64,000 nt of DNA from Octopus sinensis (lineage: Eukaryota), in NCBI RefSeq assembly GCF_006345805.1, contig NC_043001.1, forward strand, positions 69,440,001 to 69,504,000, in the 5' to 3' direction. The notes below the pieces were generated by a model, which ran no database searches, was not told the DNA's origin, and saw only the letters and a list, made by a program, of their open reading frames with translations. This document shows positions 1 through 14,245 of this stretch, in pieces (the first letter of the stretch is position 1; each line of letters opens with the position of its first letter). The translations under genes and the position numbers were made by a program.

Positions 1-184
1 AGTGGAAAAGTTAAAATCTTACCTTATTTTAGTTTTCCAAGTCGTCAAAGACGACTAATATAAACGAGCACTAGTTCTGAACGGAATGTTTCATCATGTT
101 TGCGATTTCATTGCTCCTATTATCATGCCTGGACGAGAGCAATCTTTTGTTTGAAACCAGATGATCAAAAACTATTAAACTGTC

Positions 185-455
185 GCTATTCCTTAGATAT
201 AACTCGACAAAATTAAAACATTTCACTACGGGTATTTCCGTGGGTTGTGGAGTATAGATATAACGAAGTTATGCCAGCAATGTCTCATTTTACACTTGAT
301 GAAATAAAGCCTTGCATATTTGTACTTGCCTGTTTCATGTGTATATGTAAAATACGCAAATTTCAAAGCAGAAAACAGACTCGAATTGTCATTTGCATCC
401 ACGGAAATACCCGGTGAAATTTTTTGATTTTGTCGAATTATATCGAAGGAATGCC
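185..455. mobile_element. MITE (271 bp) with ~55-bp terminal inverted repeats and an 8-bp target-site duplication
   Basis: 188-243 (ATTCCTTAGATATAACTCGACAAAA...GGGTATTTCCGTGG) is the imperfect reverse complement of 399-452. AAACTGTC lies directly outside both ends (177-184 and 456-463). Confidence 0.8.
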
Positions 456-554
456 AAACTGTCTCTATAGATTCTTCTAATATTTGAAAATAAATCTAAA
501 ATTTATAATAATTCACTGTGCGTATTTAAATATTTTGGAGTCTTCCAACACACA

Positions 555-622
<68 letters not shown>

Positions 623-1083
623 TATATATACAGTCACATACGAAACATACAAAGAGGGACAGACAGAAAGACAGAAAGACAGAAAGACTGACATACAGAG
701 AAGGTATTCTTAATAATATGTTGGCTAAATTTAAAGATTTCTTTTTTTGCGTTAAGTGAGAGTATGTCAATAATATTCCTCCTCTGCATATGTACTTATT
801 ATTGGATGTTTTTTGTAGTCACTCACTGTATATTTTAATACATACACTGTGTGATATATACAAAGGCACATATATATACACACACACTTACATTCACACA
901 AGCACACACACACACACATATTATATATATATATATATCATATATATATATATATATATATAAATATACATATATATATATATATATATATAAATATACA
1001 TATATATATGTATATATATATTACATGTGTATATATATTATATATAATATAATATATATACATACATACATATATGTATGAAT

Positions 1084-1352
1084 GTATGTGGCTTAGTTGT
1101 TCGGGCATACGGCTCACGATCGTATGGTCCCGATTTCGATTCCTGGTGGTGTGTTGTCTCCTTGAACGAAACAATTTATTTGACGTTGTTCTAGTCCACT
1201 CAACTGTCACACTGTGTGTGTCACGCTGATCTCTCTGAGAAGTATGCGAAGGGGTACTCGTGTCTGTGGGGTGCTCAGCCAATGATACGTTATCACACAA
1301 GCAAGGTGTTCCGTTAATCGGATCAACTGGAGCGTAAGTGACGGAGTGCCAC
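1084..1352 (+). mobile_element. tRNA-derived SINE, degraded
   Basis: A-box-like TGGCTTAGTTG (~1089) and B-box-like GATTTCGATTCC (~1132). These are followed by a GTGTTGTCTCCTTGAACGAAAC...AGTCCACTCAACTG core resembling V/Meta-type SINE bodies. Confidence 0.6.
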
Positions 1353-1366
1353 TTAATATATATATA

Positions 1367-1414
<48 letters not shown>

Positions 1415-3559
1415 TGTGTGTGTGTGTATATATATATATTTTGTGTGTGTGTGTATGTGTGTTTGTATGTGTGTGTGTGTTTGTATGTGTGCTTGTGTTC
1501 ATACCTATGTGTTTGTAGATATATATGTATACTTGTGCATGCATGTGCATTTGTATTTGTGAACACACACGCACACAACACACACACGCATATATATATA
1601 TATATATGCACACACAGAAATACAAATATATATATATGCGTAAAGAACTTTCCCATTGTCATAAGTAAAATTTAGGTAAATCAATCATTAGATTTTTGAT
1701 TTTGTATTCTACAACTACTTCAGAAAAGTAATTAGTTGAACTACTAGAAACTTTAATCACACTTGATGATTTATTTGACGAAATTATGACTTGACGTTTC
1801 TTCTTTGATTTTAATGAAGGAGCTAGAAATATTTATTAAGTCATTGAAGAGGATGTTAAGTTTCAGGAAACCCACTTGACAAATACTTTCAGATTTCCAT
1901 AGTTACTTTCAATGTAATTCAGTTACTGGAATGAAATTCTAAATTAATCACTTAGAAATAATATATTTTATACGTATTTACACAGGTATTTTCACGTATT
2001 CATTGCATGAAATAAACAAATATTAAGGAAAATCTACTTAAAAGGTGCTAACAGACAAAATGTGTAATTCAATATATTATAGTTGATGGCATGCTTTAAT
2101 AAATATTTAGCATTTTTTCTAACAATCAGTATGTGTATAGATAAATATACTTCTATATATAACAGTTTCACTGTGGTTATAGAATTTTACTGCAATTTGA
2201 TGATCATATCTATGAATTCTTTATAAAATTTAGGCACCGAAAAATGTTGCAAATATGTAATGAAAGTTTTACATTATAATGTTATTTAAGTTTTGGACAA
2301 CGATTGATAAGTGTTGAATGTATGTGAGTAATAAATTAAGGCTATATTGTCTTGCTCATATTGTAATTAAATTGCAGTTATATCGCCTTGGAAGTTGATT
2401 TAGAAATCTCAAAGCATCCATTTCTCTTATAAACCGACTTCACTTTTGGAAAGTTTTGAACGTCAAAGTATTTCATTTCTCCCAAATAAAATATAGCGAA
2501 ACTTAGAAAATAGAACTTAATTATCTCATAATTAATATGTCGCTACATTTTGCTGTGCTATATCTTCAATCAATGAACGTGACTCTATCATGTATGTAAA
2601 CAAGCTGCCTCGTGTTAGATCAATCAATCTCCAGTCAAGCGAGTATTTATCAAGGAGCCGTTGTTAAGTTCTGTCTAATAAAACTCAAAATCTAACTGAT
2701 GGTTAACTTGCCATACCAAAATACATTTTGATCTCCTCAGAATTCGATTTTGTATGTCCATTATTAAACTATATTTGTAACATAGCAACAGATATTGTTA
2801 TTTAACATGACAGTAGATAGAAATATTGTGATTTACAACATTGCCTCTCTGATAATCTTCTGTGTTGACGGCTGATTTGTCAGAGTCCGATAGCATCACC
2901 TGCTCCATAACTTCTGGCTCCGTGTTAAAAAATTCTACCGTTTTCTTAATATTTTTTCTTCTTTATAGAGTCGAAAAATAAAGTATCATATCTCTACTGA
3001 GGTAGTTCCTACTGTTTCTTTCTCTTTCTCTCTCGCTATCACTGAATCTGTCTTTCCTGTATCTCTGTCTAGGAAAACTAGTTTGTGATAAAACTTCGAG
3101 CAGTTTGGACTCGACCAGAACTGAAATTACCGCACTGACCGCCTGTCATGCGATGACATTTCAATAGTCTTTGTAGTTATGAATGCAAGGGAGGATGGGT
3201 GAAAGAAAGTAATATTGGATCAAGTTGTATGGCTGATGGTGACCTCTCTATTAAGTAGCTTTTTCTACCACACGAATTTGGTTCAGCAGACTGAGAGCTA
3301 TTATCTTATAGTAAGAGAGACAAAGGATTTAACAGAATGGAGATAGTATAGGGTTGCAAACATACGTATTTAAAGATACAGGTACTCTGTAAATACTGAC
3401 CCACTTTTCATTACATGGAACACTCACGTGCGAATGTCGATTTCCGCTCTTTATCTTCCACATTTCTCACAGTGAAAAATAGAGAATATCTATGTTTAGT
3501 AGCATGATCATAGATATACCTCAGTTGAAGAAATAAAGCTCTGTACACGATTGAACACG

Positions 3560-4200
3560 AACAGTACTCAGCTGGAACAACCACTGTCGCTCCAAGTGCT
3601 GGGTCTCGTTATCACCAAGGAATTTAATTGGTGAAAGCAATCTATTCGCCTAGCTAGGACAACATCGAAAAACCTGTTCATTGGCAGGATCAGAGCGCAT
3701 TTGTCACTCAAATATCTTACTAAGTATCTTTAGTAAAGTATTTCTCACCCAAATATCTTACGAATTCTTACAAGGTTTAGTAAGATGCAATCTATAATAC
3801 TACTCCAACATCCTCTTGCAATGTACACAGACATTCTGAATCGTATTAGAGAAAGAATGTCATCTAGGATGTAGTGATTAAATACCAATGGATTGTTTGT
3901 TATCCAACCCTAAGTGACACCGCTCAACCTCTGGTTCACATATATGATGCTTTCTCTTTCCGATTTACAATTGTTACTATAACGTTTCTGCTTTTCTTAG
4001 CTGGCTGAATCACTCCTCTTTCAATCCCTGTCAGCTTTCTGGTCTTACACACTAATCAGTATGCTCCACTCTTTCTTTCCAGGATATGAGAACCCTACAG
4101 TCTTCAAATTAATCATGATCTTCATGCATAAGTACCTAAGCTGAAAATTAGGAGCATTAAGCCCACACTGACCCCGATATAGGAGGTCTTGAAAACATGG
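3560..4200 (+). pseudogene. Highly degraded LINE RT C-terminus (Jockey/CR1 group)
   Basis: Fragments translate to LQVLGLVITKEFNW, YKGLVRCNL*YYSNI (cf. YK.LVRP.MEY.S.IW), a QPL.H remnant and an SFFP motif. Many stops and frameshifts. Confidence 0.55.
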
Positions 4201-5169
4201 GCTCTGCGTCATCTCTCTATACACAGACACAGCAAGTAAGGATATATAACAACTATAATACATATATAGAAAAATGATCAAATTTAATCGAGACTTTATA
4301 TGAAGTAGGCATCAGCTCAGTTCTCATTACACATTGAAGCTAATGCATCAGAGTAACAATAACCCTGGATAAGAGTTGATTATCTAAAATATATCAGGAA
4401 GTTTGTCTACTTGACAAATCAATATTTTATTTATAGGAAATATCGCTTACGCTTAAAAACTCTCATTAAACCATATTCTTAAATTAGTAATATCTTCTAA
4501 TTACACACCGATATGAGAGCTCATACTAAAATGATGTTCTAAAATTGAACACAAAATGCATTCAAGTTATCAGCGATGACGTTTATAAATTGCAGATTTG
4601 CAAAATTATATTTATTTATAACGTGTGATATGTTGTGTACAAAAATTACTAGAATTTGATAATTAATTGTAATTTAGTTAATACGCTAAGTTAAATAAAT
4701 TTAGCATGAACGTTCCTGTAAAATGCAATTTTATTTCATTAGGATTAAGGCTAATGATGATTTTTCTCGGTAATCAAATACGATTTTCCTAAATATAAAC
4801 TTAACCGTTTTAAAGTTAATAATTCTCATGTTTCAGATCTTATCCAAGAAAACCTGTTTTATTATTTAATGTGTATGTGTGTGTGTGTGTGTGTGTGTGT
4901 ATGCGAATTAGTGTGCGATTGTTTATCAATGCTTGCCTTTACGCATTTAGAGACAAATACATGCGTGTATATATATGCACACACGCACAAACGCAACACG
5001 CTCGCACATGCAGGTGAACACTGACACACACGAACACAGATACACATAATAAGAAGGACAGAACGAGAGGAAAAAGAATTCGTTATTCTTTTATTGTTTT
5101 AATGTTTTCAGCCCGAGGATTGCGGCAATGTTGGAGCACCTCCTTGCTTCATTTTCAAATAGTTTTGTC

Positions 5170-7200
5170 GCTTTATGTCTAGGAGTTCTGCATTTTTAGC
5201 AGTTGATCTTGCCTCAGGGTATCCTTGAATGCTTGGCTGGTCCGGTATCGTCGTTAGGAGGTTATCAAATGTTCGTTTGAATGTTTAGGTAGAGATCCTT
5301 TGCAAATATGTGATTTTTTTAACAATTGATGACATCTAATTATTACACTGGTACAATAACGTTTATGCTCGTGATTTCGAAGGTAATATCTTTGGAAACT
5401 GACATTGCCTACTTTGTGCATTAAACTCTTTCTACTTACAAATTTTGGAAAATGCCCCTCCAGGATTTTCCATACGTGTATGAGAGTATGTCTCTCTTTT
5501 AAACGTTCAACAGAGTAGAGACGACGAAATTTGAGAGGTTCCCAGTAATTAAGACTGTTAACTGAAATTATTTTACTCATAAAGTTTCTTTGTAACCCTT
5601 CAATTTCCATTAAGAGACCGGATAAATTTGGATACAATGCTGAGAACAGTAATCTAGTATGCTCAGAACTACGATTTTTCCATACTGTCAGCATAAATAT
5701 GGGTTCTCTTGTCACGATATTTCGTAGGATTCATCCGATGAGATGTCTGCATTTAGACGCTGGTTTGTGATGTGCCTGATGAAATTAGTACTCTGACACA
5801 TTGTATTCTGGTGTTGAGTAATGGGATTTATATGTATTCCCGCAGTAATGCAGAACCAGAAATTTTGATGCATTCAATTTCATATTCTTTTTATTTGCCG
5901 CTTGATAAATCAGGTTTAGCTAATTTTGGAGAGTGATGGGATCTTCAGCAGTTTCAGCAGCCATTGATATTTTTATGTCGTTAGCGTAACTCGCCAGGGT
6001 GGCAGAGTGTACTCTTGAGATTACAACCGATAGGTGATAATGAATAATAATGGTATTAGTACTATTCTTTTATTACAGGTGACTTACCGGAGAGAAAACC
6101 ATTTGTAGTAACAGATTGTTTTCTGCCATGTATGACGTCAAAGAGTCATACTCCGAGTTTACCTGAGATACCAATATTCCATTACCTATGAGAGATGATT
6201 CCCTGATCAATCTTGCCAAACTCTTTACCATAATCAAAGCATAAACAGTCAGTGATCATTCATCTCAGGAGATTATTGAGTATAGTATTATGGTGCTGCA
6301 ATATTTGTGACAGGTTAATTCGTCCAGTTCGAAAACAATAATGTGCATTATCTGCTAACTTGTCTTCTAGTTACGTAATTATTCTTTTCCAGAGAATGTG
6401 ATCGACAACTTAAGATATGTGAGATGTGATAAAACAGGTCTGTAATTTATAGCTTCAACCCTTGCGACCCACTTTATGTGTAGGTGTTACTATTACTTAT
6501 TTTAGTGTGCCGCTCTCTAGTGACTTTTGAAATAGCATCTTCGTTGGTTTGGTGCGGCTGTTTTAGCACAATTTTAGCAATATGGCTGAGAGACAATAAA
6601 GTCCAGATAATGAGTTTGAATCGAGATCATTCGTAGCTGCAAGCAGTTCAACTTCCGTAATATCATTAATTTCTAGTCATGTATGTAGTTGAATTCTGGG
6701 GATCAAAGTATACGTTTGGATTATGTACTATTTTGTTGGTTACTGTTTGGCTGGAACATTGTTGACTCGAGAGTACGCATATTTGCGATGAATCATTTGT
6801 ATTTGATTCATTTTTGTTCATTAAAGGCCTATCTCGTTCTGAGTAGATGACTGCTGTTTAGCACAGCGGAAAAAGAACTTGGGATTAGATTTTATGTTCG
6901 CCAGTGCTCAGTAGTGAAATTTCTTTCTCATAAGATAATTTTATGTCCAGTCCAATGTTTTTTGTATTCTTATTTATATTCCGCAATCTCATCTACAGGA
7001 AGAGCTTGGTTATTTTTGTTGTTTAGTTTGGTTGGTTCTGTTACGCATCATCTTTTATTTACTTTTTACCCCTTTCTTTTCCTCATCTCTACTTCATCCT
7101 TTAAATCTCTCGCACTACTATGTGAACTGCTTTTCCTAATTGTTTTTTCCTGACGAAGGAAGCCGGTCTTATGGTAAATATCTACGCGGCTATTTGCTGG
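5170..7200 (-). pseudogene. Degraded CR1-like LINE ORF2 (reverse transcriptase)
   Basis: The minus strand gives IKSNPKFF, NYRPV, DCLCFDYGKEFGKIDQG (cf. DF.KAFDKVDHG) and LASYANDIKI (YADD site, 5977-5988). ORF 5254-5715 gives EGLQRNFMSKI...LNYWEPLK...YSVERLKER...VWKILEG. Confidence 0.8.
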
Positions 7201-7393
7201 TTGCAAACCTATGATATTTTGTACATTCCATCTGCTATACGTAATTCCGAGCTATCAGAAAACACTGTTGCGTCCAAAATAAAACAACTAGGCATTCTCT
7301 CCTAAGTATTCTGTATTCATTATGCTCTATGTAAATATATTTGACGATATATAAAGTATCTATGTGCTTGTACTTATATGTATTGCTTAATAT

Positions 7394-7444
<51 letters not shown>

Positions 7445-7531
7445 ACTCTTTTACTCTTTTATTTCTTTGTCCTTTGACTGCGACCATGCTGGAGCAACGC
7501 CTTTAAAGCGGAGCGAGAGTGGCGAAACAAA

Positions 7532-7580
<49 letters not shown>

Positions 7581-8783
7581 AGGGTAAAGAGATTTAAAAG
7601 CTGCAAAATAAATATTCAAGAAATATTTTTTTCACTTTTTACAATAAAGTAAACAAACAGTTGGTGTGTTTCGCTACATGGATGTATCGAGGCTATATAT
7701 ATATATATGTAGGAAGAGAAAGAGAAAGAGAGACATACACACATACATACATACATACAGATATGAAAGTATAAGTGTGTGTGTGTGTGTGTGTGTGTAT
7801 ACACACGAACACACATATTCATATCTGTATGTTTGTGCGTTCGTGTGTATGTTTGTGTGTATGCATGTATATATATAATCACACGTATAATTATTGCCAT
7901 TATCAGGTAGGCACTGATGTTAAAGAAAAGAAGTGTCTAATATGCCTGTCATTGATTGATATGTCCTTTGTTGAAACTGAATAAATACAAAACTCAATGT
8001 CTGTATATTATGAAAAGAAAATCGAAATATGAGGTAACTAACACATTATAACAGAAAATAGACCCCTGCAAGACTTCGGTCATTCAGTGCTTTTAAAATA
8101 TCAACGTCACACGGACACATTAACTATAATATAACGATTGTAAATTAAACATAATACTGACCTTGCACTGTTTATTACGTCTCACTTTATGTTACTTGTG
8201 GTTGTTGATGTCTGGCATAATACCTGAAGACAAAATTTTCAGTGTCAGTTTATTATATATTACATACTTATTTTACATCAGCTACATGAAATTTGGCACA
8301 AAAATTTTACATAATACTGTAATATTGCAAAATATTTTATGCAATGCAATTTCAGACAGACACGCATACACAAATATATACATGGACATAGATAAACATA
8401 TCATAAATGCACACCCCACTACATATGTATATAAGCACATACTTGTACACATACACACGATGTCTGTTAATGTAATTTATGTGTGTGTGAGAGTTTTTGT
8501 GAGTCTTATTTATAGAAAGTGAAAAGCAATACCTTTTAGTAGAGTGCTTTATATAAATCAACAGATTGACAGTTAATTCAATGTTTAGCCTTGCTCGCCT
8601 TCATGACGAATGGGTGCTGAAAGTGAATATTCAGAAACTATGGTGATTAAGTCAAAATCTAACAAGCGAAATTATAAGATATTTGTTACACTACTTAAAA
8701 GTATTGCGTTAATGCATGATCCTTTTCCTTATGTAACAATACATAAAACTAACAGTAATACACGCGTATGTGTGAATGTATAT

Positions 8784-8822
<39 letters not shown>

Positions 8823-8828
<6 letters not shown>

Positions 8829-9330
8829 GAGGTGAGTCAAAACGTAATGCCATTTTGTTTACGAGAGGTATAATTACCAACACAGGAATATGTATCATAC
8901 ATCAAAATAAAGCTGGTATTCTAATTCTGTATATTGTCGTAGTTTCCCTCAATAACAATGTTCCATCTTCGAATGAGACCCTGTTTTCCTGCCCCGTAAA
9001 ATTATGTTGACTGTTCTTCGAGCCACTTCTTCAGTACAGTTTTCACTTCCTCGTCAATGAACTATCATCGTTACTGGACTATCATCTCTTCGGCCCCATG
9101 AAAGAGCGTTTGAGAGGCAAACATTATTCCAGTCCTGAAAGAAACTGTGACTATGTAGATTCTACATTGAGAGAAGGACGGGATGGACGCTTCATTTTTG
9201 TGCTGGTACCGCATTATGTCGTACGCGACTGAGAGGATTTGCATCCCCAACGTAGAATTTTTGATGTAATACATGTCCTTGAGGTAGTAATTGTGCGCGG
9301 CTGAAGAAGGCCATAGACACACATTGTGCA
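8823..9330 (-). mobile_element. mariner transposon relic (3' end) with an internal micro-inversion
   Basis: TIR-like TACACGAGGTGAGTCAAAACGTAATGCC at the left end. The minus strand encodes DEEVKTVLKKWLEEQST*FYGAGKQGLIRRWNIVIEGN (mariner C-terminus), while DYHLFGPMKERLRGKHYSS is on the + strand at 9077-9133. Confidence 0.7.
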
Positions 9331-9479
9331 TTGTTATAAATCCGTCTAATAAAGGCCCGAAACATCGTGTTTTTATTTTGGCATCGTGTTTTTATTTTGA
9401 TTAATTTACTCCACCACCTACACCACCAAACGGTATATACATGTGCTTACAATTATCAACAACCCACCTGAATTTTTAT

Positions 9480-9513
<34 letters not shown>

Positions 9514-9514
9514 T

Positions 9515-9567
<53 letters not shown>

Positions 9568-10302
9568 AACTTACTTGGAAGGGGATGCGTGGTGTTCGAT
9601 CATATAATAACAAATTAATAAATAAAACATATGTATACATACATATATACACATACCTACATCTATATGTATATATACATGCATATATGGGTGTAGGACA
9701 CCTAAAAAACGTAGAACACAACGAGAAACGAAAACATAAAAACAAAAACATGGAAACGGACTTTTTCAAACAACGAAAAAACAGAGTACAAGACATACAA
9801 CACAAGGAACATTCCCCGTCTTCAGCTGCCCCTGTTTTGACTACTCAGTGTTTCAAAGGTAAGGGCAAGGCACGACTTCGTTGAAACAGTCCTTCCCGCA
9901 AAGCAAATTAAATAAAATTTGGGATTTTTTGCGAAGGGGTAAAAGTGGTGAGAAGAACAGGACAGTAAAAAACAAAAGAAGACAGTAAAAGCAATACAAA
10001 TAAAAATAGTAAAAGAGAGGACAAGGAGAATAACACAGTAAAAACAAACGATAATTGTTTTTAAGCCGAGACGATGGAAAAATTATTTTGAACGCATTGA
10101 GAAAACGGCTTATGAGGACAGGAGAAGCCTTGTAGACTTGTTGAAGGCAGTAGTGAGAAAGAGTTACCCTCTGGTCAGCGACGAGAGGGAGGAGGAGGGG
10201 AGGAGGAGAAGGAAGATGAGTAAGAGAGAGGGAACGGTGAAAGGGAGAGGAGAAGAATGCAAAGACGCATACATATAATTGTTTTATGAATAATGGTTGA
10301 AA

Positions 10303-10982
10303 ACGAAACTCCTTGGAGAGATTAGTCGCGGAAGAGAAAATCCGGTTCATTAACTTTGACCCAGAATCCAAAACGCAGGGTATGCTATGGAATCTCCCAG
10401 GATATCCAGAAATCCAAAACGGAATTCAAAACGCAAAATTCCACAATAAAATTATACTAATTTTTGTTCGGTATGCAAAATGTTCTATACTGGAACATTA
10501 CGCGGACAAATGGTTCATTCATCAATGTAGAAAACAGTGAAATACTGACCAACAAACTGAAGTATGTAATTCGTACCGAACGACGAAGTTTATTGTCAAA
10601 GGAACTGCTATTGCTGCACGACAATGCATGCACAAATACAGCTGTCTACATCATTGAAACCATTGAAAAATTGCGTTTCACATTGTTCGGGCAACCTGCA
10701 TACAGTTCAGATCTCAACCCTTTCGACTACCCCTCTTCGGATCGCTCGAACGTTCTTCACAAGGTGGTTGATCTGCTACAGACAAACAAGAGCCCCACAA
10801 CTAGCTTTGCGACCAGCCAAATGCTTTCTTCTGCGATAGAATAAGCAAGCATGTGGACGATGAAAGAAGTGCGTCGAAAAGCAAGGAGATTATGTCGAAA
10901 ATGATGTGATTGTGTAACCTTTGCTTTCGTTTTAATAAATTACAGAATGAAGATTGCGTATAATTTCTGACTTGCCTTCGTA
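10303..10982 (+). mobile_element. mariner transposon relic (catalytic domain and right TIR)
   Basis: ORFs give FDPESKTQ, LLLLHDNACTNTA and QPAYSSDLNPFDY (HDNA and YSPDL motifs). The relic ends ...TAATTTCTGACTTGCCTTCG followed by TA. Confidence 0.85.
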
Positions 10983-12822
10983 TACATGAGTCCGGAGTTT
11001 GGCTACTTCTCAGAGTATATGTAGCAAAAAAAAAAAGATATGAGACATTGTTCATATGATGCTAACTTACAGGATCTTATGCATATTTCATGACAAATCA
11101 TGTTTATTAATCACTTAACATAGATTGCAGAATCAAGACTAATTATGAAATCATCCGAGACGTGTGATTTTTATACAGTCACTCACCTCTTTTACAATTG
11201 GCGACTCTATTAGCTTTTAACAATCCAATAAAGTATGGAAGTTACACGTCTCTGAATACTTCACCATAACATTTGAGTATGTTATTTGTTATATGTGCAA
11301 TGAGATGTTATTGAAATGTTAACGAAATGTATATGAGATAGAGTAGCTATCATATAAACAATCTCACTTGTTCTGTTTTAGCTTACACACACACACACAC
11401 ACACACAAACACACATACACACATACACAAACACACACACACAAAAACACAAACACACATACACGCACACACACGTACGCACACGCGCGCGCACATACAC
11501 ACAAAGACAAGCTAACTGACCGATAAAAACAAAATGTGAAAGAAAGAGATGGCGGAGTATTTTCCTTTCCATTTCTATGTTCGACTATTTTATTATTCTC
11601 TGAAGCTACAAATTATCTTATCCCAAATAATTTTATTTCTGAGAATAAATTGAACCTCAACATGTGTTTTAAATATTCGGTTTAAATTGCGCCTTGTTTT
11701 TGTCTCAGTTGCAATGTGGATATAAATTTAACTAATATCTCAACTTAGATTGCAATGACCATCTGGTTAGCTATGAATGCGAATTGCGCTTAATGACAAC
11801 ATAAAATAAAAAGATTGAGTTTAGACTTTATCACGCAGGTTTGAAAATATATGGTAATATATGAATCATCAACAAAATTGTCTTTTCAAAATCTATTTTA
11901 TATGAAAGGAAACAATTACATTGACTAGTTTCCGGAATTGAAATATGAATATTCCAAGATAAATAGGTATTCCATTGTTTCTGTCTAGATTTGATACATT
12001 GCTAATACGTAAAACAGTAGATAAGTTTTAAAACAGATTATATAAACATCAAAGCCCAATTTCCAAAGATAATTACTTTCTCGAAAATAAAGGAACAAGA
12101 AATATTGTGGAATAAATCAAGCAGTAATTGCAAACACAGATTCAAATCAGAATACAATTCCAAACTGGAGTATAATTTTATCAAAATGATATCTCGAAAC
12201 TCGAAACTTTTCTCATTTGACCAAAATTATGAAATTGAAAAATATCCATTCTTTCCGTCCTTAGAAACAACGCAATAGACAGAATTATTCTAACAGAAAG
12301 AAATGTACAAAAGGAAACATACTTTGTTAGTAAAATTAATTTAAACAGTTACCTTATTTCATACATTGACAATTCCTGTCCAATATACAATGGGTTTACT
12401 GGAAACGAATATAATATTCTGAATTTCTCCATTTATTCTCCATTTCTTTGAAAATAATTGAACGAATACATAGCAACAATAACGTCTTTAGGAAATGAGC
12501 CGAAAATTTTGAGGCATGTATATTGATGGCGTGGAGGAAAGGCTAATACGTTTCACAACTGAAAAATCTTTAGAGACCAAAAATTCTGTGAGTATTTTTA
12601 GATGAGGGACGTATCTATCTTTTCCGAGTGACTATGAGTGCGTATACTCAGTGTGAGTGTATATATATATATATGAGTGTGTATGTATGTATGTGTATCT
12701 AATACATGAAACAGAAATGTGTGTATTCACTTTTAATGCGAAAATTGTTACACAAATTACTTCCATACTTGTGATGCATGAATAATTTGTCCTCGGACAA
12801 ATGTTAGGCTCTTCCTTTAATA

Positions 12823-13194
12823 TCTATATATATAAAGCTGAAGTTGTCTGTGTATGGCAGGTTTGGTAGCCTTCAACTAACACTATCTCCTCCGAGACAC
12901 TGCGGCGCAAGTTGACCAAAATTGACAGTATGATAGAAGAAGGCTTGCTCTTCATTCCGTAGAAGAAAAAATGCAAATCAGACCATGTTAAGATCAACAA
13001 TTATTTAGATCAAAAAGATGCTTTGTTTCTATGAAAATCCCTATTTTTTACGATTTTTTGACTGCTGTGTCGCCATTTTTCGGTGTATTTCAACCAGAAA
13101 AATTTTCACTTAAAGAGAATAACAAGCTACATAATGCAAAATTTTACTTTTCAAAAATTCCAATTCTAAATGGTCAAAACAAACACGAGCAACG
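12823..13194 (+). mobile_element. Non-autonomous Helitron, 3' terminus truncated
   Basis: A|TCTATATATATAAAGCTGAAGTTGTCTGTG is a typical animal Helitron 5' TC end and resembles the end at 44251. The sequence stops at CACGAGCAACG, the first half of the expected 3' hairpin, with no CTAG. Confidence 0.55.
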
Positions 13195-14183
13195 TTTTTG
13201 CTTTGGTCATTCCTATTTAAAGAAACCACACATTTATATACTCCATTTTTTAAGTTACATTTGTTATTAAATTTAAAATTATTTTCGTCCCTACGATTAC
13301 AAGTTTTTTAGTCACTACAATTATTATTGGGAAAATTATTTAATCTATTAAAGTAATATTTATTTAACTTATGTTTACTTAGTGATGAAATAATATTAAC
13401 TACATTATTAGTAGTCGAATATCCTACTCCTATATTATTTTTAGAAAAACTCTTATTGCATATTTTATTTTCGATAATAAATGATTCTATTGTTTTAGTG
13501 ATTTCTTTTATAATATTAATTTTAACCCGGGTCCTATAAGGAAATATCAACCAGTTTATATTATTATTTGTATTTATATTTATATTATTATTTCTCGTAT
13601 CCTTATTTACACTATAGTTATTATCATCGTTATCATTTATAATTGGATCTAATTTTTGCTTATCCTTTAATCTTATATATTTCCTTATATTTCTATTTTT
13701 ATTTTTATTCGTCGTTCTATTTCAAAGTTTTTGTATGCTCCTTATATTCTATAAAATTCCGATGTGTTTCTCTATTATAATTATTATAATTGTTATTAAT
13801 TTTGTTTTTATTTTTATTTCTATTCCCATCTTCATTGTCATTTACCTTTTTATTTATATTAGTATTATCGGGGTCTTTAGCGTTGTTATTTTTTGTGTAA
13901 TTGTTGCTATTTGTATTATTATTGTAGAATCTAATCTCGTCCTTGTATCCTTCTTAAAGCTTCATTATAGTAGGTTGAATGCTTTAGGAAGCTCTCATAT
14001 TTCGATGAATGCATATTTGTTACTAGATACCATACGTACCCTCATGAAACGCGTATAGTCCGTAATATGGAAAATTGGGGTATTATGAATAGAAATAGTA
14101 AGCATAATATTTAATATTTTATGACTTGGTTGAGTTAATACCGTTCGGAGTTGATGAAGTTGTGGGTGTCTCTATCTCTAACG

Positions 14184-14245
<62 letters not shown>

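Noticed and set aside
2840-2930. Short acidic open frame on the minus strand (TEPEVMEQVMLSDSDK...)
   Set aside because: Too short, with no splice signals or domain motifs I can support.
9800-9900. CTGAAGA and GAAAC on the minus strand of a repeat-like block (9700-10300)
   Set aside because: I could not form stems I and III in a valid hammerhead topology.
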